A stretch of 56,783 nucleotides of DNA from a virus (Duplodnaviria > Caudoviricetes), in the IMG/VR virus record IMGVR_UViG_3300036833_000338, positions 1 to 56,783 of that record; one strand, written 5' to 3'. The notes under the pieces were generated by a model. The model did no database searches. It was given only the letters and a program-made list of their open reading frames with translations, and was not told the DNA's origin. Shown piece by piece: positions 18,356 through 28,700 of the stretch (positions are counted from its first letter, which is position 1; the number at the start of each line of letters is the position of its first letter). The translations under genes and the position numbers were made by a program.

Positions 18356-18810
18356 GCGTTGTCAGCCTTCTGAATGACCCCGCGGCCGCCGCCGATCGCG
18401 CGGACCCGTATGTCGACACCGAGGTTGCCGGGGTCGAGCGGCTCGAAGTTGGTTCTCTCGCCGGCCATTTCCTTGGCCCGGTCGCGCACCCGGTCGGGTG
18501 CCTCGGCGGCAAAGATCAGGTGGTGCTTGACGACCATGGATTCCCGGTTCTGGTGGAGCCACTCGTCGAAGAATGCCTTGTCGACATTGTGGGTCAATCC
18601 ACAACCGCCCGCGATTTCATGGTTGGGGTGCGCGCCATACGGGACGCGGTTGCCGTTGAGCACGTATTCCCGAGTGTCCGGGTGTGGACGCGCCACCATG
18701 ATCGTGCGCAAGCCGCCGCCCATCACCGGCTCGATGGTTTCCACCATCTGCCACAATTTGAGGATCAGCCCGTTCGGGAGCTTGCATGCAACACAAACCG
18801 TCTCTGCCAC
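18352..18810 (-). CDS. Conserved phage protein following the capsid gene
   Basis: TVCVACKLPNGL...GLTHNVDKAFFDEWL...FEPLDP. Confidence 0.75.
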   Translation of the reverse strand: MAETVCVACKLPNGLILKLWQMVETIEPVMGGGLRTIMVARPHPDTREYVLNGNRVPYGAHPNHEIAGGCGLTHNVDKAFFDEWLHQNRESMVVKHHLIFAAEAPDRVRDRAKEMAGERTNFEPLDPGNLGVDIRVRAIGGGRGVIQKADNA

Positions 18811-18823
18811 GATCGGTCTCCGC

Positions 18824-19927
18824 TTAGATCCCCAACATACTGGAAATAGCCATCGGCATTCGAATCACCGCGCCCCAAGTCCCACCAGTTTGTTTTTGAC
18901 GATAAGAACTGGTCGCTCTGATTATTGGGTGCGCCCTCATCTTTTCATTGAACGAACAGTATCCAGTGTCCTGGCCTTCGACGCTCTCGGCGATCAGCTG
19001 CATGAAATTGCCGCCGGTGTGACCTTGCGGGTTCGACGCGCTCAGCACGGCGTATTGCACTGCGGTGACGATCCGCAGGTTGGCGAATTCGTCCTCCAGC
19101 ATCTTGCGCGCGACCAAGCCATAGGTGTTGACAAAGCCGAACGCCACGGCAGTGGCCGGGTCGAGCGCCAGACACATCCGAGTCTCGCGATCGACGAGAC
19201 CGGCGGTCTGCTTGACGAGCTGCGTGAAGAGCGCCAGCACGTCATTGTAGACCTCGTTGGCCGAAGCATTGGGCGCGCCGGGGGCGGTGAACCAGGTCTG
19301 GCCACCTAGCGCCTTGGTGCTCGGGGCCAATGCCGCGCTGAGCGACGGGTCATTGACGAGGCCATAATTCTGCAATCCGCTGAGCCCGTAGAAGTAGGTC
19401 AGGTTGGTGAATTTGTTCATCACCAATGCGGCGGCCTGATCCAGCTCGCTGACCCAGTTGATGCGGGCGAGCCCGGCGCGCTCCAGTTCCAGATCGCCGT
19501 ATTCCTTCGAGGTCTGGAACAGATAGCTTTGCCGTTGCGGCCAGTTGGTGTTGGCGCCCGCGTGCCCGCCCTCGTTGTAGTCGCCGTACGTGGTCACCTC
19601 GCCGACATGCTCGACGATCGGGAACATCGCGGTCTGGTCGAGCCACGTCCCCTTGCGCACCTCTCCGAGGATCTCCGCGGCCTTGTTGGGCGCGAACAAC
19701 ACCTTGAACACGTCGGGATCGATCAACGTGGTCATCATGAATGGCACTGCCGAATTGATCCCGGTGGTCAAGGTCGGCATCGCGTCCAGTGCCAGGTTGT
19801 AGTTGTGCTTGAATTCGGGGGGCGTGTAAGCCCTTGGCGGGTCCATGCCGTCGGCAAAGCTGACACCGAGCGCCTTGAACCGCGCCTGGTCGGCCTGCCA
19901 AGCCGCGCGGCCTTCCTGTAGGTTCAT
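18824..19927 (-). CDS. Major capsid protein (DUF2184-like)
   Basis: NWPQRQSYLFQT...YGDLELERAG...YGLVNDPSL...QKQTGGTWGAVIRMP. Confidence 0.9.
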   Translation of the reverse strand: MNLQEGRAAWQADQARFKALGVSFADGMDPPRAYTPPEFKHNYNLALDAMPTLTTGINSAVPFMMTTLIDPDVFKVLFAPNKAAEILGEVRKGTWLDQTAMFPIVEHVGEVTTYGDYNEGGHAGANTNWPQRQSYLFQTSKEYGDLELERAGLARINWVSELDQAAALVMNKFTNLTYFYGLSGLQNYGLVNDPSLSAALAPSTKALGGQTWFTAPGAPNASANEVYNDVLALFTQLVKQTAGLVDRETRMCLALDPATAVAFGFVNTYGLVARKMLEDEFANLRIVTAVQYAVLSASNPQGHTGGNFMQLIAESVEGQDTGYCSFNEKMRAHPIIRATSSYRQKQTGGTWGAVIRMPMAISSMLGI

Positions 19928-19942
19928 CTTCGTCTCCTCTCT

Positions 19943-20479
19943 CTATAAGCCGGTTGGCGAGCCGGACAGGACGGACGTGGTTCTGACGAGTTCCCCGACA
20001 TTGCCGTTGCTGAGGGCTCGCCATTTGGTCTCGATCGAGCCGGCCACGGTTCCACCGGCGGCCGCAAAGCTCACTGCTCCGGTGGTCAGGCTGGCAAAGG
20101 CCTTCTGGCCGATGGTCGCCTGCCCGGCGCCGCTGTTGGTCATCCAGAAGCCGCCCGTATCCATCAAGGTGACCCCCATGCCGGCCGGGATCACCATGCC
20201 GGCTTCGCTCAGATACGTGGTGATCAGCCCCTGTTGTTCGCGGTGGACAAACCCGGTAGGCGTACCGGCGCCAGCGTTATTGACAAGGATCGGCCCGCCG
20301 CTGGTCACGTCGACCCCGGTGGAGGTATCCCACCAGGCGAACGCGCCGATGGTCACGCCGTTGGTGCCGGCGCGCAGCGCACCGGGCCCGGCGTCGACCG
20401 AGGACCTTGGATTCTGGTCTGCGAAATCGCCCGCGACTGCAGGACGCGGCTGGGTTGAAACCAGTGTCTGGAATGGCAT
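19943..20479 (-). CDS. Head decoration / cement protein
   Basis: PAVAGDFADQNPR...GFVHREQQGLITTYL; directly upstream of capsid. Confidence 0.8.
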   Translation of the reverse strand: MPFQTLVSTQPRPAVAGDFADQNPRSSVDAGPGALRAGTNGVTIGAFAWWDTSTGVDVTSGGPILVNNAGAGTPTGFVHREQQGLITTYLSEAGMVIPAGMGVTLMDTGGFWMTNSGAGQATIGQKAFASLTTGAVSFAAAGGTVAGSIETKWRALSNGNVGELVRTTSVLSGSPTGL

Positions 20480-20482
20480 TGG

Positions 20483-20884
20483 CTACTTCCTTCTCGTCGT
20501 CGTGGTGGTGCGCGTTACCGTGGTGGTGCGCTCGGCGGCCGGCTGCGGCTCGTCATCCTCCTCCTCGTCCTCGGGGGTCGGCGGGCCGATCGGCTCCGGG
20601 GGCTGCGGTTCGGGCGGCGGGGTTTCGCCGGGCTGCGGCGGCTGCTGCGCTTGTTGGTCGGCTTCGTGCAGTCGGCGCGAAGCCTCGGGGCTGGCCAACG
20701 CCCACAACAATTTCTGCGCCCGGTCATATTCCTCCGGGGTCAAGCCCGAGCCGAGCGGCGGCGGCAGCTCTTCGCCGGGAGGTTTGTCGCGTTGGCTGGC
20801 GGGCATCAATAACGTCAGCAACTCGTCGAGACGGGCCAGCTGGTGATGGCCGTTCGCGGCAAAGGCGGCATGGATCTCGCTCAT
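20483..20884 (-). CDS. Hypothetical Pro/Glu-rich protein
   Basis: 133 aa, start coupled to the upstream stop. Confidence 0.55.
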   Translation of the reverse strand: MSEIHAAFAANGHHQLARLDELLTLLMPASQRDKPPGEELPPPLGSGLTPEEYDRAQKLLWALASPEASRRLHEADQQAQQPPQPGETPPPEPQPPEPIGPPTPEDEEEDDEPQPAAERTTTVTRTTTTTRRK

Positions 20885-21771
20885 CAGAGCTGCCTGATGT
20901 GCTTGGTCTCGGGGAAACGGTCGAGGAAGCCCTTGGCGGACGCCGCGTCCATCGCGACGTGGGGCACATGAGTGGGCGTACCTGCCTTGGGTTGGGCCGC
21001 GAGCAATGCCGGATAGGCGCTCGGATGGATCGGCTTGGGGTCGATGCCGCGCATGCTCAGCGCCGTGGCATAGACCTGATCCTTCGAGTCGAACGACATC
21101 GTCAATTCGCCGACATACGGGAAGACGGCGCGCTCGGCCTCGCGGATCTCGCGCTGGGTGCGCGCCATGGTGGACTGCATCGCCTTGAGCGCCGCGTCCA
21201 TGGCGCCCTTCGTCACCAGATCGGGCTGAGGGTTTTTCTCTCCATCCTTGGCGGCCGCGATCGGCTCGACGACCGGCCGGTTCTCGTCCTGAGTGCTCTT
21301 CCAGGCGGCGTCGGCGGCCTCGTCCTCTTTCTCGCGCTCCGCACGCTCTGCCTCGGTTTCATCGCGACCCAATCGCCGCGCCGCGTCGCGGGCACGCACC
21401 GCTTTGATGTCCTGCATCATTCCCTGGTTGTCCTGGTTGCCCATCGGCACCGCGCTCGAGGGTAGCGTGCTCATGTCCGGCGGCGGCGCGTCGATCGGCG
21501 TTGGTACCGGCATCGGCGGCTGATCCTCGTTGTTGTTGGTGCCCGCACCGGTCAATGCCGCGATGAGTGGCATGATTTCATCGATGTCGGCATCCATGGC
21601 CAATTTCGGCTTGGCCTTGAGTGCCGTTAACTTAGCGAGAATCGCCGGGACGCTAGTCAGCATGGTCTCCTCCTTCGTGGTATCAAGAAGCGCGGCGTCC
21701 AGACCGAGCGCCGCCATTGCCGCTTGTGGCGTGCGAAATCGTTGCCGTAGCGCAATGCCCAGCTTGCTCAT
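20884..21771 (-). CDS. Capsid scaffold-like protein
   Basis: Charged, helical; AERAVFPYVGEL..SFDS..VYATALSMRGID...AMDAASAKGFLDRFP resembles C-termini of DUF2213 proteins. Confidence 0.7.
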   Translation of the reverse strand: MSKLGIALRQRFRTPQAAMAALGLDAALLDTTKEETMLTSVPAILAKLTALKAKPKLAMDADIDEIMPLIAALTGAGTNNNEDQPPMPVPTPIDAPPPDMSTLPSSAVPMGNQDNQGMMQDIKAVRARDAARRLGRDETEAERAEREKEDEAADAAWKSTQDENRPVVEPIAAAKDGEKNPQPDLVTKGAMDAALKAMQSTMARTQREIREAERAVFPYVGELTMSFDSKDQVYATALSMRGIDPKPIHPSAYPALLAAQPKAGTPTHVPHVAMDAASAKGFLDRFPETKHIRQL

Positions 21772-21795
21772 TGGCTCACCAGTGCTTAAATCAGT

Positions 21796-21880
21796 GTGGC
21801 GCGGCTAGGTGTTGCAACACTGAACCCTTTTCCTTGCCGAGAAGATCGCCGCGTCACTTCTCGGCAGGAGGCATGGCAAG
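21796..21880 (+). ncRNA. Three-way-junction structured leader, family 2 copy F
   Basis: Outer stem GTGGCGCGGC/GCCGCGTCAC, two inner hairpins; loop CTTGCC complementary to GGCAGG and GGCAAG before ATG 21881. Confidence 0.55.
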
Positions 21881-22633
21881 ATGCCCGGAAATCCCGAATT
21901 ACCGATCATCACGCAAGCTGAAGCAAAAGCGTGCGGACTCAAGCGCTTTTTCATTGGATTGCCCTGCAGGAATGGGCATGTCGCAGAACACTATAGCAGT
22001 CATGGCGGCTGCGTTGCTTGTGTTGCCCTACGTAATATTGCCAATAAAGAGAGTAAATTATGTTGGCAACGTGAACATCCAAAGGAAATGGCTGCAAGTC
22101 GCCTTTTGTGGCTAATAAACAATCGAGAGAAAGACGCCGCGAGTAGAGCTCTCTATGAAAGAAATAATCGTCCTACAAGAAAAATTACTCGGACCAAAAC
22201 CCCTGAGAAATTTTCCGTATATGATGCCCGTTACCGCTCCACCCATCCAGAACGAGTGAAGGCAAGTAGCACTCGTTATCGAGCAGCCCATCCTGAAACA
22301 GATCGCGCTCACAAGTTCGCACGGCGGGCCGCTGAAGCTAATCCGTCATGGGCTGATCAAAAGGCAATCGCAGCCATGTTTGCCAGTCGTCCGCTTGGGT
22401 ACCACGTTGATCATATTATTCCGCTCGGCAGCGCAAAGCGCCCCGCCAAAACGGCAGAAGGATATCCGATTAGAGGCTTAAATGTGCCGTGGAATTTGAC
22501 GCATTCACGCGCAACAATAAATCTCGGCAAACAGCATCGAATGACCATGGAAGAGCAATTCTTGTGCGAATTGCCATTTACATTACTTCCAGAAGAGCCT
22601 CTTCCAGCCGCGCCCATTCCTTATCTGCAATAG
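21881..22633 (+). CDS. Free-standing HNH endonuclease, antisense to the head operon
   Basis: PSWADQKAI...YHVDHIIPL...GLNVPWNL...NLGK; N-terminal AKACGLKRFFIGLPCRNGH. Confidence 0.88.
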   Translation: MPGNPELPIITQAEAKACGLKRFFIGLPCRNGHVAEHYSSHGGCVACVALRNIANKESKLCWQREHPKEMAASRLLWLINNREKDAASRALYERNNRPTRKITRTKTPEKFSVYDARYRSTHPERVKASSTRYRAAHPETDRAHKFARRAAEANPSWADQKAIAAMFASRPLGYHVDHIIPLGSAKRPAKTAEGYPIRGLNVPWNLTHSRATINLGKQHRMTMEEQFLCELPFTLLPEEPLPAAPIPYLQ

Positions 22634-23555
22634 ATGAGTCCGCAACCATTACGTCAGGCCCTGCGCGACCTTCCCGCACGAGACTCAAGTGATTACAGCG
22701 AATATTTCTCATGACGCCATCAAATTTATGACCCTCGTATACTCCAGGAGTCATATCTGCATCATAGGAATATCCGGCAGATATTTGCTTCTTGTCTCCG
22801 TCTTCAACCGCTTGCGACGCGTATTCCGGCCATATCGAGATATCATTCTTGATATAGGGATGTTCGTATCGAGCCTTGGTTCCCGCGGCACCAACTGTGA
22901 TCTCGGCCGGATGATCTTGTGCTGATGCGGGTTTATGCTCCCAAAGTAGCGGCTGACCATTGAAGCTATTGACAGTTTCCGGCTTAGCAAGTTCTTTAGG
23001 GTGCCTAAGTAGCATATAGGTCTTATCTGGATCTAACCCTAGTTCTTCTGCTTGCGGTATTTCGTCGCCGCGATATGGATTCACAATACCTTTCGTCAGA
23101 TTACAATCACTAACATGCAAACGACCGTCCTTGTCATATGTCCGTTTGCCGCCAGCTTGGTCGAGCGCCAGCGCCATGTCGTTGGCGGCGCGGAGCTCGC
23201 GGGTCAGCGCCGGCTTCAGCGGGTTGGCGGCGTCCTCGCGATCGGTGCCCTCAGGGGCCTCCGCAGGGGGCGCTGGCGGGGCGTGCTCCGCTTCCTGGCC
23301 CTCTTCACCGGCCCAGGCGAGAAGGCCCCTCAGGAACGTCCGCAGGCTGTCGAGAAACGTGCCGGTGGTCTGGTCGCCGTGCCCCTCGCCGATCGACTCG
23401 ACGAATTCTTTCCCGACGCTCTGCGGGATGCCCAGGGTCGACTTCCCGGACGCGGCGGCGTGCATGGCGCGGCGTTGGGATTCCGAAACGGGGGGGTCGG
23501 TGGCGAGGTCATCGCCGACGCCTGAGATCGGTCCTCCCACATCGGGCATGGCCAA
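22578..23555 (-). CDS. Prohead protease-like protein (DUF2213)
   Basis: RTYDKDGRLHV...VNPYRGDEIP...ISAGYSYDADMTPG...DGVMRNIRCNHLSLVREGRAGPDV. Confidence 0.88.
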   Translation of the reverse strand: MAMPDVGGPISGVGDDLATDPPVSESQRRAMHAAASGKSTLGIPQSVGKEFVESIGEGHGDQTTGTFLDSLRTFLRGLLAWAGEEGQEAEHAPPAPPAEAPEGTDREDAANPLKPALTRELRAANDMALALDQAGGKRTYDKDGRLHVSDCNLTKGIVNPYRGDEIPQAEELGLDPDKTYMLLRHPKELAKPETVNSFNGQPLLWEHKPASAQDHPAEITVGAAGTKARYEHPYIKNDISIWPEYASQAVEDGDKKQISAGYSYDADMTPGVYEGHKFDGVMRNIRCNHLSLVREGRAGPDVMVADSSIADKEWARLEEALLEVM

Positions 23556-23561
23556 ATCTCC

Positions 23562-23804
23562 TTAGCGTATTGGCAGCGGCAGCGGCACGAGGCAGGCGAG
23601 CAGGCCGAAGATCACAACAATGACGGCGATGACGATCGCTGCCCATATCACGATCCGCACGATCTGGATGGCGGCGTTCAGTGCCCACGCCAGTTCGGCC
23701 GGCGGCGTCGCCAATGCCAGCAGCACGCGAATGATCGCCAGCATCGCCAGCACCACGACGATCCAGATCAGCAAGTGCTCGATGGTCCCCAAGCCAAAGC
23801 ACAT
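23562..23804 (-). CDS. Small two-TM membrane protein
   Basis: Two long hydrophobic segments; GAGG RBS. Confidence 0.65.
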   Translation of the reverse strand: MCFGLGTIEHLLIWIVVVLAMLAIIRVLLALATPPAELAWALNAAIQIVRIVIWAAIVIAVIVVIFGLLACLVPLPLPIR

Positions 23805-23819
23805 GCCAGTTCCCTCGCT

Positions 23820-23990
23820 CTACCGATGCGGTCCGGCGCGTTTCGTGTTGACCGCTTCGGCCGTCAAGCCTTCAGGGCCGGCGGTGATCTGGCGGGTGGT
23901 GTCGATCCCGTGTTTCGACACGCCATGGCCATACGAGGCGACCACAAAAGTGACCAAGCCGACAAAGACGACAACGAACCTGCCCAGCAT
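23820..23990 (-). CDS. Small membrane-anchored protein (56 aa)
   Basis: MLGRFVVVFVGLVTFVVASYGHG...; TAATG coupling with the upstream gene; read by hand. Confidence 0.45.
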   Translation of the reverse strand: MLGRFVVVFVGLVTFVVASYGHGVSKHGIDTTRQITAGPEGLTAEAVNTKRAGPHR

Positions 23991-24205
23991 TACGGAACCG
24001 TGATCTGCGTCCAGTTCGGAGACGCCGACGTCCCGGTGTTCTGATAGAGTGTCGCGGGCGGCCCGGCGGTGATGTTGGTCAAGAGATCACCGGGCTGGGC
24101 GAGGTTGGCGAGCGTGCCCGAGGTGCCGCTGACCGGCACTCCCGAATGTGCATAGTTGGGCACCAGTACCATGTCGCCGGCGGCTGTCGCGACCGTGATC
24201 GCCAT
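23990..24205 (-). CDS. Small protein, possibly virion-associated
   Basis: 71 aa; AGGAG RBS; LYQNTGTSASPNW. Confidence 0.6.
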   Translation of the reverse strand: MAITVATAAGDMVLVPNYAHSGVPVSGTSGTLANLAQPGDLLTNITAGPPATLYQNTGTSASPNWTQITVP

Positions 24206-24215
24206 ATTGCGTCTC

Positions 24216-24581
24216 CTACCAGCGCACGCAGGTGAACTTGTGCCCGGCGGTTACGGCATTGACCGAGACTGTCGCCGAGCTGAGCGGAACACCTGAATAG
24301 GAATTCCCTGCTGCAATGCTGCTATTGGTGTTGTTGCCTGCCACCGTCGCGGTATTGACCGGATCGACAAACAGCGCTTCGGCGGTGGCAATCCCCTGAT
24401 CGGCGGCAGTCGTCGGGTTGACGATGTAAAAGCCGTTTACCGGACCGGTCAACGCCACCACCGCTGTCCCGCCGGTGACGACTGTGGTCGTGGTGCAGGC
24501 GCGCGGGGTGACGTTCTGGGCGTATGCGGGCCAGGCGACGACCACCAGGGCCGCGAACAAGAAGCGCAGGGATCGCGGCAT
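24216..24581 (-). CDS. Beta-rich protein with signal-peptide-like N-terminus
   Basis: MPRSLRFLFAALVVVAWPAYAQ followed by a T/V/A-rich domain. Confidence 0.6.
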   Translation of the reverse strand: MPRSLRFLFAALVVVAWPAYAQNVTPRACTTTTVVTGGTAVVALTGPVNGFYIVNPTTAADQGIATAEALFVDPVNTATVAGNNTNSSIAAGNSYSGVPLSSATVSVNAVTAGHKFTCVRW

Positions 24582-24635
24582 TTCGGCCCCTTTTCTGCTA
24601 GGTAGCTCAGCCGGTATCTTATTGCCGCGCTTCGA

Positions 24636-25568
24636 TTACTCGAATGCAGTACCTGTTGTATACCCTTGAGCGCGCAATGCAGCAAGATATTCTGGATTAC
24701 GGCGTAACCGCCCTTCGGCCGGAGTTTCACCAGCGAGCACGACTTCCGACCAACACCGGCAGTTTGGCCCGCCGCCTGGGTGATAACGCATTTCCCGCTG
24801 GCCTGGCTCACTAGCAATCGGCGGCTCTGACCAGCGATGGAAGGTTCCTTCCAGCTGCTTATGGCGAGGTCGCACGTCGCGGTCGAGTGACGATCGCCAA
24901 ATATATCCTTCCGATCCGAGATTTATCGACCGCTGCTCCAGGATTGCCCCCGCGGTGCGGCTGACCTCGGTGCGTCCGATTAAATTGGCCCGCGACTTGG
25001 TGACTTCGCCGGTCGCGAAGATCTCTCGACTAACTTCTTCCCAGCGTTTGCCGCCAGTGATCGCCTCCACTCCGAGCTGATGGACCCGCTCGGAAGCTTC
25101 CCTGGGGAGCGATTGAATCAGCCGCACCTGTTCTTCGAGCAGCCGGTCGAGCATCGGCTTGATGTCCACATCCGCGATCTCGCGGCGCAGTCCCCGGTAT
25201 ATTTCTCGTCCTAATTTATGCCAGCCGACGGCATCGCGGCGGGCGATCTCGCTCAAGATTCTCTCGGCCGTGACCGCAGCCCATGGCTCGAGGATGTCGG
25301 CATACTGGCCGAGCATGTCCTCGAGGGTGCGCAGCAGCTCGGGGGTCCATATCCCGTCGCTCGGGGCCATGCCGCGGACGAGGTCGCCGATGTGCCGGGC
25401 GATCTTGCGCAGGTTTCGGGCGTACTCACTCTCGGCCCGCCGGGCGCGCATCGCGTGGGCGCGGGCGCTCTCGGCCCCGCGGTGCTGGCCGCGGGCGATG
25501 GGGAAACGCCGCGACGGAAAGAACGGGCTCCAGTCGCGGTAGTAGCCTTCCGGGTCTTGCGACTGCAT
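24636..25568 (-). CDS. MuF / SPP1 gp7-like head morphogenesis protein
   Basis: RANLIGRTEVSR...YIWRSSLDRDVRPRH...HPGGGPNCRC. Confidence 0.9.
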   Translation of the reverse strand: MQSQDPEGYYRDWSPFFPSRRFPIARGQHRGAESARAHAMRARRAESEYARNLRKIARHIGDLVRGMAPSDGIWTPELLRTLEDMLGQYADILEPWAAVTAERILSEIARRDAVGWHKLGREIYRGLRREIADVDIKPMLDRLLEEQVRLIQSLPREASERVHQLGVEAITGGKRWEEVSREIFATGEVTKSRANLIGRTEVSRTAGAILEQRSINLGSEGYIWRSSLDRDVRPRHKQLEGTFHRWSEPPIASEPGQREMRYHPGGGPNCRCWSEVVLAGETPAEGRLRRNPEYLAALRAQGYTTGTAFE

Positions 25569-25604
25569 TACGGCGGCGGCCGCCGAGGCCGTGCCATCGG
25601 CCCT

Positions 25605-25778
25605 TTATGGAGCAGGCTTCGGGCTCTCCGGCAGCAACCCCTCGCGCTGCATCCGCGCCTTCACCTTCTCGGCGAAGGCGCGAGCCTGTTCAGGCGTCAT
25701 CACGCCCTCGGACGGGTCATCCGGGTCATCGATCCACGGGGCCCACTGCCCTGGCGATGGCTTCTCCTGGGATTCCAT
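25605..25778 (-). CDS. Hypothetical small protein
   Basis: MESQEKPSP... with GAGG RBS, overlapping the portal 3' end. Confidence 0.45.
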   Translation of the reverse strand: MESQEKPSPGQWAPWIDDPDDPSEGVMTPEQARAFAEKVKARMQREGLLPESPKPAP

Positions 25779-28700
25779 TTTTCCTCGCCTCTGCTTGTAG
25801 GGCAGTGGAATAATCGACGTTGGTGCCTTCGGTATCCCGGCCACCCAGTTTCGCATACAGCTCCTTCTCAGGATACCACCAGATCGCCTGCAGATCGGCA
25901 TTGCTGAGATGCGTGCCCTCGGCGGACAGCATTTGCCTGGCATGATCGACGACATCCCGCATCCAAATCCGGTCGCCGCCCGATTTTGGCGTCTCATTGA
26001 TGCCGTCCATGGCGTGGATCATCCGCTCGGCCGACAGTGTCAATTCGGACTTGAGGCGGGTCTTTGCGCGGTATTCAGCGGCATGAGCGGCGTAATCGCG
26101 TTCATGCAAGGCAACGATCGCGTCGGCCTGCGACTTTAGCTCCTCCAGGGTTGGCGGCACCGGCCCGCCGCCTGCGGCGAGGGCTCGCTCAAATCTGCCT
26201 TGGGTCTTGGCAAAGGACGCGGGATCGAGCTGTCCCTTCAGGGAGCCGGCGAGCCGTCCCCAGGCCCGCATGAACCACAGGTCCATCGTGACCGGGTTAT
26301 AATTGCCATTGAGGTTCTGGAAGAATCCACCGCCGATTTTTGGTCCGAAGATCGCCGAGCCGTAAACCGGCGTGTCGACGTTCTCGCCCTGGATCGGATG
26401 ACCATCCGCAGTCAGCTCGCCCGCCGTCCGCTCGGTATTCAGGAATTGCCGCGTTCCTTCCGGCCCCAGTGTATCCAGCAAATTGTTGTACTTTCCGAAA
26501 TTGGAGTTCATCGCGATCTTTTCTTGGGCTTCTATGTTCGTCGGAAACCGGCCGGTCTGCTTGAAGGTTCGGTACGCCTGATCGGCCAATCGCACATTCG
26601 ACGGTACCTTCTCGCCTTGGCTGGTGATCGCCAGTGCGGCGGTATACGCAGTGCGCGCGTGCGGATCGGTGGTCAATTCCGGATGCATCAAGGCAGCGAC
26701 ATCCATCGCCTCCTTGACCTTGCTGGTGTACCAATTGCCCGCGTGACCGGAGCGCGCCGCAGCGTCTTTGATCTCACTGGCAATGACGCGCGACAACAGA
26801 TGATCGGTTCGCGGAGACGGCCCTTGGATGCGACCGCCAGGGACGCCGAGGTTTCTGAGTGCGGCTGAGCCGCGCGCCATCAATTGGTCCGCGATGTCGA
26901 CCACCGTGCGCGAGCGTGGTCTTGCAGCAGGCGTATCACCGTAGAGGATGTCCCGCACCGAGAGCGCGCGTTCGCGCGGGTCGGCGCCGATCGGCGGCTC
27001 TACGCCGGTTTGCGTCCAGGTTGCTTCGCGCCAATGATCGTCAGCGTCTCGCCAGACCTCTCGGAGGTTTCGTCCACCCACCGCTCCGGAATCTTCCGTT
27101 TCGCGGATGACGGCTTCGTAGGCGCGCTGGGCGTCGGCGCGCTGCTCTTCGTCGGTTCCGGTGTCGAGCTTTGTGCCAATGAACTCTCCGTTGCCATGGG
27201 TGACCTTGATCGGCACGTCAGCCGCGACCCGCTCGATCGCCGCGTCGGTTTCGGGATCGCTCGAGTAAATATGAACCTTGGCGCCGCCGGGTGTCGGTTC
27301 CAATGTGTGAAAGGCCAGGCCGCCTTGCAATAGCTGATCGTGGATCTGCGACAGATCGCCCGGCAGCTCAAAGCTCACCATGCTCTCGGGCCCCTTGGGG
27401 TCCGGGTTGAACACCAGCACCGCCTTCTGGTTGGAGACGGCGCCCTTCATCGCGGCTGCCGCGCGGACCATCGCCGGATCGCCGCGCAGCGCGACCATCA
27501 ACGAATTCTCGGCACCGTCCGACCAGGCGCCGATGACGTCGGCTCGATGCGTCTCGCGCAGCCCGAGACCATCGTCGATGATGCGGCTGACCTGGCCCAA
27601 AGCCTTTTGGCGGACGCCACCCAGCTCGGCCTGCGCTTGGGGGAAGGTCAGGTCACGAATATTCGGGGAAGCAAAGGTTTCGGCCGTTCGAACTCTCGGC
27701 GCGGCGCGTTTAACAGGTTCCGCCGCGGCAGGCTCAGGCTTGGCAGGAGTCTCCTTCTTCTCGGGCTCGGAGGGCTCCTCGGCCTCCGGCTCTTCCTTCT
27801 CCGCAGGCTCTTCCTTCTTGGCGCCGGCCTCGCCTTCACCCTTCCGCGCGAATTGCCCGTGCTTGCGGGTGACGTTCTCTTCCTTAAACTCGGCATCCTC
27901 GGCGAACCAATCGGCCAGCCACTTCGCGTCACCGGTCAGTGGGGCTTTTTTTTTTGCTTCCGCTTCCGGGTCGTAGTTGGCGATCGCCTCGGCCAGATCT
28001 TCGAGGAACGCCTGCAGCCGCGCGATATCGTCCGGTGTCAGGTCATCGTTATCCGGCGCCGCGTCACCACCGCCTGCCGCTGCCCTGGCCATTCCGATGC
28101 CGAGTTTGGCGCCATGTTCGATGATGACGTGCTGGACGATTTCCTGCGCGAGCATCACGGCCGCATGCGCCACCGTCCCGGTCGGATCACCGGTCAGCAG
28201 CATCGACCCGCCCGACATCGCCATGCGCAGGCCGAAGGAGCGCAGACCTTTCATCTGCTCCGGGGTCGGCCGGTTGCCGGTCGCCATCGCCTTGAGCCCA
28301 CCGGCCGCATGCATCGCGTGCGTCTTCTCTTCGTGCCAGATGTGTTTCGGCAGATCCTTGGCCATGCCGGCGATCCTGCTCGCCCAGCTCTTGCGGGCCT
28401 CGCCGCCCGGTTTCAGCGCTTCGTGGATGGCCTGAGCCTCGGGCCGCCCGACCTCGCCGATGCGATGGACCACCGCCGCGGCGGCCCGCGCCCCAACGCC
28501 GGGCGTCGCGCTCGGTATATGCTGGTGAACGCCGCCCCCGCCACCGCCCGAGGTAAACCGGCCGTGCGCCTCGCGGCGGTGCTTCGACTCTTCCCATTCG
28601 GCCTGGTCGAAAGGCGCCCGGCTACGATCGCGCTCAGCCTGCAGCCCGTAGATGTACTGAATGATGTTGGACGGTGCGCCACGGGCGATCTCGAGCAAGT

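Noticed and set aside
21772-22640. Group I intron around the HNH
   Set aside because: No P/Q/R/S core recognised, and the HNH is antisense to the host transcript
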